Below are positions 11,601-16,504 of a stretch of DNA of 64,000 nucleotides, piece by piece; position 1 is the first letter of the stretch; the number at the start of each line of letters is the position of its first letter. The notes beneath the pieces are model-generated. The model did no database searches. It was not told the DNA's origin and worked only from the letters and a program-made list of their open reading frames with translations. Position numbers and translations under genes: made by a program. Where the stretch lies: assembly GCA_016215325.1 (NCBI GenBank), contig JACRJV010000007.1, forward strand, positions 3,728 to 67,727, written 5' to 3'. The stretch comes from Candidatus Uhrbacteria bacterium. Its GTDB lineage: Bacteria > Patescibacteriota > Patescibacteriia > JACRJV01.

Positions 11601-12377
11601 GCCATCGAGATTAATCGTGGTGCCCGCTCCTTGAATTGTTTTGTCCGCGCCCGTCACCGTCAATGTCCGCGATGTGGTGCCCCCGGCAACAGTGAACCCG
11701 TCCGCGGCCGAGGCAAGTGTCAATCCATTGACGGCGCCGCTGGTCACAGTGCCGGTGCCAGAACTTCCCACCGTGAGCGTGCCGGCCACGGTTGCATCAC
11801 CTTCGGCATCCACTTTGAATCGGCTCGTGCCATTCACCGCAATGCCAAAGAGCGTGTAGTTGGCGGTGACGCTCGCGGGGTTTATGTAGACAACACCTTG
11901 ACTCACGCCCGTTCCCGACGGGGTGCCAGTCAACGTAAAATTTCCGGAAGAGCTGGTCACGGGGACAAATGCAGAAAGGCCGCCAATGGCCGATGTTTCT
12001 AATCCATCGAGCCGATCGGTGTTGACGGCGTACCCCGATGCCCCAATCCGGCGTCGTGGCGAGAGCGTTTCGCCATTGACTTGGACCTCGAGATACAATG
12101 TGTCGTTATCGAACAACGTCACCGGGAATGCGTTTTGTGATCCGCCACCGGCAGATGTATCACCTAAGAGCACGCTAAACTCGCCACTGGCCACAGCCAC
12201 ACTCATGGTCGACGACGGACTCGTGCACCCATTCGCTCCCGTGCCTTTCGCAGACCATTGGCAGGTGCCGGACGTTGCGGCGTCGTAAATCACAAATGCC
12301 ATGTTGTAGTTGGCATCGCTTACCGCCGAACCGCTGGAAGTCTTGAGGACCCCCTGGTAACTCATGACATGGGGCAC
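2691..12377 (-). CDS. Giant repeat-rich, tail-fibre-like surface protein, 3228 aa as called from a GTG start. The C-terminus carries an intramolecular-chaperone (peptidase S74-like) domain plus a Pro/Glu/Thr/Ala-rich tail.
   Basis: This is a single uninterrupted 9.7-kb ORF. It is extremely rich in Gly, Thr, Ser, Ala and Asn. Modules of the form ...TDTLTNKTLTTPVIASISNSGTITIPTGTDTLVGRATTDTLTNKTLTSP... are reiterated. Some copies are identical at the DNA level, for example around 9.1-9.7 kb versus 10.4-10.8 kb. Two ~250-aa paralogous blocks begin ANNNFALASGTGTFVQTFTGDTTDAAQITA... and ANANFALASGTGTFVQTYTGNTTDAAQITA... Near the N-terminus there is a motif NGGTGATTAANARANLGAA like those seen in phage tail fibres. 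The C-terminal region reads ...DDDGNIGIGTTDPQYKLHVMGDVAATSFVNISTKEAKKDIEYLTEGDQKTILAKLANVNIARYHYKEE..., which matches the architecture of the 'chaperone of endosialidase' / peptidase S74 domain. A coiled coil and a PAPEPTPAPEP low-complexity tail follow. No signal peptide appears after the called start (see the mini-ORF at 12408..12488). Confidence 0.85.
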   Translation of the reverse strand: MPHVMSYQGVLKTSSGSAVSDANYNMAFVIYDAATSGTCQWSAKGTGANGCTSPSSTMSVAVASGEFSVLLGDTSAGGGSQNAFPVTLFDNDTLYLEVQVNGETLSPRRRIGASGYAVNTDRLDGLETSAIGGLSAFVPVTSSSGNFTLTGTPSGTGVSQGVVYINPASVTANYTLFGIAVNGTSRFKVDAEGDATVAGTLTVGSSGTGTVTSGAVNGLTLASAADGFTVAGGTTSRTLTVTGADKTIQGAGTTINLDGNLTLAGAFTTSGANALTLATTGATTLTLPTTGTIATLAGSETFTNKTIDNTNAATLKDTNFVIQDDSDTTKQLAFQISGVSAGATRTLSIPNVSGTIVTTGDTGSVTNGMLTGSIAASKLVGTDIATVGTITAGTWNGTTIAVANGGTGATTAANARANLGAAASGANSDITSISGLTTALAVAQGGTGAGTLSGILIGNGTSAVTATTASSGISGQLTDETGSGALVFATTPTLVTPVLGVASATSINKVAITAPATSATLTIADGKTLTASNSLTLAGTDATTITFQGTDTYVGRATTDTLTNKTLTTPVIASISNSGTITIPTGTDTLVGRATTDTLTNKTLTSPAINTATITNPAISGNETIASGASATWNGIDLSAATATITGSTNITTAAGFNLLNIAQPTLSAASALTVTNAATAYIANAPTGGGAGPATITNAYALWVDDGAVRFDGNVGIGVTTPTAVLHLKAGTTSASTAPLKFNSGSLMTTAEAGAVEFLTDAYYGTITTGAARKTFAFLESPTFTGTVTIPTPFTLGATSVTSTGTQLNYLSSAGGTTGTTSTNLVFSTSPTLVTPTLGVASATSINKVAITAPTTSATLTIADGKTLTASNSLTLAGTDATTITFQGTDTYVGRATTDTLTNKTLTTPVIASISNSGTITIPTGTDTLVGRATTDTLTNKTLTSPDINGGTADALTSLGIRSTGTGAFDLTLANTENLTAGRILTITTNDAARTINLAGNLTTAGALITSGANSLTLTTTGATNVTLPTTGTLATLAGAEALTNKTINGLTVTASTGTLTIADGKTLTASNSLTLAGTDSTTITFQGTDTYVGRATTDTLTNKTLTSPAINTATITNPAISGNETIASGASATWNGIDLSAATATITGSTNITTATGFNLLNIAQSTLSAASTLTVTNAASLYIANAPTGAGAGPATITNAYALWVDAGTTRLDGTLTLGNGETIVNSTDTELSFSDGTNTLTFDLDEDTNTAVEIVTSSGDDLVLSPGSGYVGIGTTTPTTNLVIKDSGGDRSSSYNMLILDKTDIGNPATIEFKTGYPSDWRAGSSITIANAFEIYDVNTSSSRFSIGGSSGTITLTGPVSLTGATTVAANNNFALASGTGTFVQTFTGDTTDAAQITASSVTTADALQITASGLTTGNALNIISTSTVGTGSDDTALVTLTRSGTNANSAHTAYGIYSSVTNVNATSGTNIAGYFAASTASGLIVNYALVANGTEGDLVGGTGSGDDLLLVSTSNATKGDIQFHSSSYIINSSGQATFATDETLNGIDVSSGAVSDVTTLGMSGALTIAPTTTGTFTDYQLETEWTQGTLINADFANVTTQSGGDITGLKFDFDTNLTGAADLDITGTDIVMNALTAADSAVTTTYTGYNISAAGALSVTDGANAAIINWRGANITMPNITQNTGDTVTANGIRLVNGTITTAGTQNIINLAAAGVGAGTLYGINIGNITAGNGTETALSIGSGWDTGIDLSANILVNIGNAGTDFTSTGGLTLAGALDANGQVDLGDSGDTVAIDSSDWDINTTGDMSGIGAITADGAISTTSTLNVDSTVTLGGTTIDANANFALASGTGTFVQTYTGNTTDAAQITADSVSTADALQISADGLTTGTGVFIESTSTVGGGSGSTALLKLTRSGTNSNATHTAYGVYSTVANTGTTSSNYGGYFSASGATTNYALFADGTQGDLVGGSGSGDDLLLISTSNSTKGDIQFHSSSYYINSSGQLTVATDESINGIDINAGAVSDVTTLGMSGALTISPTTTGTFLDFALETEWTTGSLINADFGSATTQSGAITGMAMDLSSNLTLDNTSAITGLSLTIPGTPASGSGTKTLTGIDVTNQMSADVAGVTVNSRGVNISVGGGNAAYTDGTINADGLRVASVSSDGSAGDTINLINLVPAGPQGGTYNALNIGDITANAATETAVKIGSGWDTAIRVTGSTTTGVTSHVVNLASDIGSGAALIYGAPDFSGSGVTGYGLNITATDSTANTNTDYGYYGSLALTGNAAKYGYGLYQTVTSNSTTADTIAALDIATSVTGAISTGTRTVYGLRSQPATSGASSGGTANVYGSYLAPSSTASSTGSTVNVYGEYIANTATLTTNGTINSYGLYIADGTSTTTGTSTKTGLYVASPTGADTNYTAIFAGGYVGIGDTTPTAALDVVGSGVFTTGSTTSVLTGSIDPTASTDVTGVGTAFLTELVVGDSITVSGETRMVTQIGNNTNLSVNVAFSDNANDTSVDRTPVQGITLQNTTASTATNDAQYSPALTFHGSSWVNPGPGLASYSQDWRVFSANQEGGGSQLRFDYNQFGNGYNTPMSLAANGNLNLALVTATFGNDTGESGNSWTGSVFTVNNNQTSTAVSGANSIVGNYFKFTNQPSVSNNVEYAMLIENQPTTNTTDNFVSALLVLNNADTAVTGPASTVVTDALLIANTGGAGITNDIKFQNSETIDNASDGTVNIKDSGGTAILTGSLTAFQINLDDTTTYTQRVCQSGADAATGLVNIGDCNAGGSDMAEYYGSDGTLEAGDIVAISGEAQEFVQERIGQSSKASVAKSQAVYAPITGVVSTNPFSEVLGEGVFTTEEHPVPIVLAGRIPVKVNLEGGDIAAGDRITTSSIAGVGMKAKTSGWTVGVALESYNAQSPDNKIVVWFNPQYRIESSQMAFDDDGNIGIGTTDPQYKLHVMGDVAATSFVNISTKEAKKDIEYLTEGDQKTILAKLANVNIARYHYKEESATAPLRMGLIAEEAPLEVLSIDGKGVDIYKLATFTLSAVKAQQTQIEKLFERMEQFEQRLDRLTGETTRSSQEELSFLRAEIQGIREQSQQQVRQQSASAPAPIITLKEIEEDPPTTPVEKKIEEPPSQASEVEPAPEPAVVTETPALPEPPITETPTASSEPTPTPAPEPTPAPEPVAEAAPAQSEPAAVEQAAATESAPAPAQPETVAQE

Positions 12378-12407
12378 GCCAACGGCCGCTTGAGTGCGAT
12401 AATTATA

Positions 12408-12488
12408 CTAAAACGCGCCAGCAACCGCTGGGATAACGAGAACCAGGAATAGGAATTTTACCAATTGTGGATGTTTGACCGACGACAT
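12408..12488 (-). other. Orphan signal-peptide mini-ORF (26 aa, MSSVKHPQLVKFLFLVLVIPAVAGAF). It is in the same frame as the giant gene and separated from it by one TAG.
   Basis: ATG at 12488. The N-region has Lys/His, followed by a hydrophobic core and an AGA/AxA-like site. The stop is TAG at 12408..12410. Ten sense codons (YNYRTQAAVG) then lead directly into the GTG at 12377 of the giant ORF. The distance of 111 nt equals 37 codons, so the two are in the same frame. Confidence 0.5.
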
Positions 12489-12541
12489 ATGCTATTGCGT
12501 TTTTGTTTCGGTTTTCTTCGTCTCTTTGAACGGTGCTGGAT

Positions 12542-13150
12542 TTACTGCGCCACTTCCCGCAGTCCACTGATGAACAATTCTGTGTTGACCGTAATCGCAT
12601 AAACAGCCAGATCAATCTGGTCACGAGCTGAACGCCATTCTTCTTGCAAATCTTGCCGCGTTGACGCCACATCCTCGACGGACGATTCCGCCACAGGCAA
12701 TGCTTCGCTCACGGCAACCAACTCTTCAACGATATTCTGCTTGACCGCAGCCGCCGCCTGCCCAGGCTGCCAACTGGTCTTTGCCCAGGCGCGCATCACT
12801 TCAACTTGTTTGCTCGTCTTCTCAAATGTTTGTCGCACCCACTGTTGCACTGTTTGCCAGAACCCTATAACGCCAGACTTGATGCTGCTCCCTGCTTGTC
12901 CGATCGCAACACCGACCGCTTGGACCCTCACAACAATGTGCTGTTGCGTTCGCAACAAGGTATGTTGGATTCTTTGAATGCGCGATGGGCGCTCCGGCTC
13001 ACTGACCTCCTGCGCAGCAGAAGTCTCCGATGGTTGTCCTGTTTTACGTTCAGCGGATTTCTCATTTTCGGATTGATCGGTCTTCTCCGGTGGTATCACG
13101 GGCTTGATTTCTTGCTCAACACGAATACTGCCCGATGATTCAGTTCTCAC
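12542..13150 (-). CDS. Hypothetical protein (202 aa) with a charged N-terminus and no signal peptide
   Basis: The ORF shows a 4-nt ATGA overlap with the upstream gene, which suggests translational coupling. I recognised no motif. Confidence 0.45.
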   Translation of the reverse strand: MRTESSGSIRVEQEIKPVIPPEKTDQSENEKSAERKTGQPSETSAAQEVSEPERPSRIQRIQHTLLRTQQHIVVRVQAVGVAIGQAGSSIKSGVIGFWQTVQQWVRQTFEKTSKQVEVMRAWAKTSWQPGQAAAAVKQNIVEELVAVSEALPVAESSVEDVASTRQDLQEEWRSARDQIDLAVYAITVNTELFISGLREVAQ

Positions 13151-13749
13151 CGCAAGAGGTTTCGGCTCGATCGCAATTTCCGCCCGGGGATGCGCGCCCC
13201 AAAAAGTTGTTTCACGGGTTTTGTGACCGCTTCAATGGCACGTTCAATCACCCCAGAGGTCTCGGGCTGTTGTTGCGCATCCGGGGGAACCGAAGTCCCG
13301 GATGATGCGGGTATCGTTGTAGGCGCGGCTTGTTCTTGCTGCGGTAGGAGGGGCGCGTCCGTTGGTTCTTGTTGCGGTGCGCCGCCGGACGGCGGTGGAG
13401 TCGTCGTGGTTGGTTGTTGTTGTGGGGCGACTCCCGTATCAGCCGGGGGCGCTACTGCCTGCGTCCCTCGCGCTGTGCGCGTCGTGGTGCTGCCCGAACC
13501 TGTTGATGTTGCCAGTGGAGCAGCGGTCTTGAAATTCGTTGAACTCCCCCCCTGTGCTGGGGCAACGCCCCCTCGGGAACCCGATGTTGTGCTGCCAGAA
13601 GCAGAAGACCCGGATGGGCCAAACGAAAAAGAGTCGATGAGAATAAAGCTTGTGGAAGTAGACGTGTCTGCGCGTACGTCAGAAGCTGCTATCCACAAGC
13701 CTGATACCCAAACGACTCCAAGGATAATTATGAAGAATGGGGCCTTCAT
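13147..13749 (-). CDS. Secreted low-complexity Ser/Thr/Pro/Gln-rich protein (200 aa)
   Basis: The N-terminus MKAPFFIIILGVVWVSGLWIAASDVRA looks like a signal peptide. The rest is S/T/G/P/Q-rich low complexity. It is the first gene downstream of a strong promoter. Confidence 0.5.
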   Translation of the reverse strand: MKAPFFIIILGVVWVSGLWIAASDVRADTSTSTSFILIDSFSFGPSGSSASGSTTSGSRGGVAPAQGGSSTNFKTAAPLATSTGSGSTTTRTARGTQAVAPPADTGVAPQQQPTTTTPPPSGGAPQQEPTDAPLLPQQEQAAPTTIPASSGTSVPPDAQQQPETSGVIERAIEAVTKPVKQLFGARIPGRKLRSSRNLLR

Positions 13750-13822
13750 AAAGCTCTTTTTTGTATTTATTTTTCGATTTTTTGCACTTTCCTCTACTGC
13801 AACCGCCGATTTTTATGTATTA

Positions 13823-13851
13823 ATTATAGCATTTTTTAGGTAAACTTTCAA
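13823..13851 (-). promoter_or_regulatory. Sigma70-type promoter driving the secreted-protein / giant-protein gene string
   Basis: The minus strand reads TTGAAA-17 nt-TATAAT, i.e. a perfect -10 with 17-bp spacing, about 70 nt upstream of the ATG at 13749. Confidence 0.55.
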
Positions 13852-13899
13852 TGTTCGGATGTCCACAGGTCGAAATGGATTTTTTCGCTTTTATTGAGG

Positions 13900-14196
13900 T
13901 TAATTTTCTGGGTACACCTTCTTCCCGTCTTTATTATACAAGAATATGGCCAGCGTGGGGCACGATTCTGCCGAAGCTTTGAGCGTTTCGTCGTCCACCG
14001 TGAGCCATTCGGGCTTAATGATCGCTTTGGCGTCGTTGTCCAACTCATACACATCGGGAGCAACGGCTATGCAACTGGCTGCCCCAATACAGAGCTCTCG
14101 ATCGACAACAACACGGGTAAATTGCCGACCGCTGGATGTCGTAATAGTCTCTTTGTTGAGAGTAATATTATTAGAATCAGAGCGAGAGGCATCCAT
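13900..14196 (-). CDS. Ferredoxin, single-cluster CxxAxxC...CP type
   Basis: The sequence ...RELCIGAASCIAVAPDVYELDNDAKAII...ESCPTLAI matches Pyrococcus/Bacillus-type mono-cluster ferredoxins, which have three Cys and a CP motif. Confidence 0.55.
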   Translation of the reverse strand: MDASRSDSNNITLNKETITTSSGRQFTRVVVDRELCIGAASCIAVAPDVYELDNDAKAIIKPEWLTVDDETLKASAESCPTLAIFLYNKDGKKVYPEN

Positions 14197-14269
14197 AAGT
14201 ATTGAGCAAGATAAGCATTACGTCGTAGCTTAATTTACTTATTTTACTTATCTCGCTTATCTTGCTCGC
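14195..14269. repeat. Copy A of a ~40-bp palindromic element (AGCTTAATTTACTTATTTTACTTATCTCGCTTATCTTGCT) with a truncated inverted partner
   Basis: The full unit is at 14227..14269. The partial inverted arm ATAAGTATTGAGCAAGATAAGC is at 14195..14216. The element abuts the fdx start codon. Related copies are at 35871..35947 and 39981..40074. Confidence 0.7.
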
Positions 14270-14273
14270 TGCC

Positions 14274-14861
14274 CTAGAAGGGCAGCGTCAAATTTAGGCT
14301 TACTTGAGCAATTTTTGGCATTTCAGGCAAAAGAATGGCAAACTCTCGGGTCGAACCAACGTCTGGGTACCGGAGCTTTTTGAATTTTTGGGCGTATTCG
14401 TAGATATCCCGAGTGATCCGCACATCATCCAGGCAGTATTGTTTAATTTTCTCGATCTCCCCTTGCTTGTACCATTCCACCGCTTGCAGGCCATGGCTAC
14501 TCTTTGCCGTTCCTAATGTTCCCTTCGCAAGATCATCTAATTTGAGGCGGAATCCTAACCGCTCTTTCACCACTTCCAATAGGTCGAGTTGCGGGAGTTT
14601 CGATAAATCGCCTCTATAGTAATTATTTAGCACGGGAATGTCAAACGCTTTGCTGTTATACCCAATCACTCGATCGGCGTGTTCAAACATAGGCCACATC
14701 TTGGGGAGCTCTTCCTCTGTAAATGTTGAATACCGATCATATTCATATTCGTAAACCCCCACAACGGATACTTTGAGCCCCCGATGGCCTAATGCGCCGA
14801 CGTCATTGAATGTGTTTTGAGTTTCGATATCAAAGACAATCTCTTTACTCATAGGATTCAT
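14274..14861 (-). CDS. DnaQ-like (DEDD) 3'-5' exonuclease. The ORF is open to 15026, but the likely start is MNPMSKEIVFDIETQ.
   Basis: An Exo I-like FDIETQ motif and an Exo II-like IGYNSKAFDIPVL motif are present. The upstream 55 codons of the ORF look non-protein-like. Confidence 0.55.
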   Translation of the reverse strand: MNPMSKEIVFDIETQNTFNDVGALGHRGLKVSVVGVYEYEYDRYSTFTEEELPKMWPMFEHADRVIGYNSKAFDIPVLNNYYRGDLSKLPQLDLLEVVKERLGFRLKLDDLAKGTLGTAKSSHGLQAVEWYKQGEIEKIKQYCLDDVRITRDIYEYAQKFKKLRYPDVGSTREFAILLPEMPKIAQVSLNLTLPF

Positions 14862-15293
14862 CGGCACTACGAAGTAAGAATGTATACGAATATACGAATC
14901 GTCTCCCCAACGATCGATCGTCAACGCTGCGGTTCGTATAATTCGTAATGCATCGTACTTCGAAGGGGTATGCAATACGCTGCAGTATATCAAACTCTCA
15001 CACAAACAAACAGCCCCGACTGACATCGGGGCTGTTTGTGGAAAAGTGCTGGGTGAAACGGAACCGATCGCGATTATTCGCGGACAGCGACCCAGACGAC
15101 TTCACGGCGCATCATCCAAAGTTGGATGAAGTGGTGGAGCATAGCTAGAGTGTTAATGAACATTTGTTTTTGTTTTCCTGGGGCTTATGGTCGCGCCCAG
15201 GAGCGACCTTTCAAAAGCTGGATGTCCCCCCTCCGGGACATGAATTTACTCTATCAGTATAGCACATTTTTTGGGGGTTGTCGATGGGGTTCG

Positions 15294-15368
15294 TGGTGCG
15301 CGTGCCTGGGATCGAACCAGGGACCTTCTCATTATCAGTGAGACGCTCCACCACTGAGCTACACGCGC
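15294..15368 (-). tRNA. tRNA-Ile (anticodon GAT), with CCA encoded
   Basis: The sequence is GCGCGTG-TA-GCTC-AGTGGTG-GAGC-G-TCTCA-CTGATAA-TGAGA-AGGTC-CCTGG-TTCGATC-CCAGG-CACGCGC-A-CCA. The arms form a clean cloverleaf. Confidence 0.9.
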
Positions 15369-16051
15369 GCAATCGCTTCTTGATAACAATCAGTCATTGC
15401 TTTCATTGCCATCATTATTTTTCTTTTCAGTCCAGTGCTTGGGACATATACCGCACAGGTGCCGTGACCATGACTGTATGAGTAAGAAAAACTCGATGGA
15501 CGCAACGTTCTGATTTGGTGTTTATAAAACTGACTCTCATCAATTCCTGCCACATTCTCCCAAAACTTAACCTCTTTGGAAATGTCCATCGATTCATAAA
15601 GGTGGAGCTGCAAACGAATCTGCCGTCGACTGATACCATAGAACTTCCCTATCCAAGCGATAAAGAATCGGATTACACCGGGGTCGGTATTAGCAAGGTG
15701 AACTCGAAAAGGATTCCGTTTTTCGCCTTCGCCTAAATATAATACAAGCCCTGCGACAAAGCAAGACTCTGTTGAGAGGTGTTTGAATTGATCAACATAT
15801 TCCAAATACACGTTCTGGTCAGCCTGTCTCTTCTTTTCACGCATGGCATTTCTATATCGCTCTCGGCTGGCCTCACCGCTGAGCCAATTTTTCCTTCGTA
15901 ACTCTAGTATTTTTTCTTCGGTAAGCGGGAATTCTCTCAACCAGTAGCTCAGGGTACTTTTTGGTACGCTCAATTTTTTCATTATTGCAGTGTAACTCAT
16001 CTCTTCTTCTACTCGCAGTCGCACTGCTTGATTGCGAAGTTCAGCGTTCAT
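15359..16051 (-). CDS. HTH plus LAGLIDADG-type homing-endonuclease-like protein (230 aa), encoded in the 16S-tRNA-Ile spacer
   Basis: There is an N-terminal HTH (...SYTAIMKKLSVPKSTLSYWLREF...) followed by FVAGLVLYLGEGEKR, a LAGLIDADG-like motif. The stop codon overlaps the first 10 nt of tRNA-Ile. Confidence 0.5.
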   Translation of the reverse strand: MNAELRNQAVRLRVEEEMSYTAIMKKLSVPKSTLSYWLREFPLTEEKILELRRKNWLSGEASRERYRNAMREKKRQADQNVYLEYVDQFKHLSTESCFVAGLVLYLGEGEKRNPFRVHLANTDPGVIRFFIAWIGKFYGISRRQIRLQLHLYESMDISKEVKFWENVAGIDESQFYKHQIRTLRPSSFSYSYSHGHGTCAVYVPSTGLKRKIMMAMKAMTDCYQEAIARV

Positions 16052-16504
16052 AAAGATACGATGATCAATGAACCATTGTCATTATATATTAGCATAACCT
16101 TTTCTAGAGTACAACTTTTTTACCGATTTACTAAACTTCGTATGGTGAAGAGTTGTCGATACAAAAAGCCGCCCTTGTGAGGCGGCTTTCGCTTGCCCCG
16201 CAGCGATTGCTCAGGGCGAAGTTGACTCAAGAAACGTGATAGCAATGACGTCACCCGATCATTTGATCGGGTCATTCGTTGGTGGAGTACTGCCGCCCTC
16301 AATGCGCGCTGAAAGAGTACAGCAGTATTCCACCAACAAATGTCGACTTGGACTTTCGTCCAAATTACTCCCTAGAAAGGAGGTGATCCATCCACAGCTT
16401 CCGCTACGGATGCCTTGTTACGACTTCGTCCCTGTCACCAATCCTACCTTCTGACGGTTGTCCGCCATTCGGGTATTATCGGCTCCCTTGACGTGACGGG
16501 CGGT

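Noticed and set aside
2983-12288. Dozens of 60-200-aa ORFs on the plus strand, antisense to the giant gene, and more antisense ORFs inside nrdJ, hppA, proS and other genes
   Set aside because: They sit opposite long, well-supported genes. Their compositions are Arg/Cys/Val-rich and not protein-like. They are the expected by-product of GC-rich repetitive codons.
12408-12410. Genome-wide reassignment of TAG to a sense codon
   Set aside because: Long intact ORFs throughout the window terminate with, and are not interrupted by, TAG, TGA and TAA. A single local TAG does not justify a code change.
2691-13851. Prophage or phage-tail gene cluster suggested by the tail-fibre-like giant protein
   Set aside because: No capsid, terminase, portal, baseplate or integrase genes flank it. 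The neighbours are cellular-type genes (a secreted protein and a Wzy-like membrane protein). It is better interpreted as a domesticated fibre-like surface protein.
15150-15290. Expected tRNA-Ala and 23S rRNA downstream of tRNA-Ile
   Set aside because: No cloverleaf and no 23S 5' conserved sequence are present. The next feature is a protein-coding exonuclease gene, so the operon is genuinely split.
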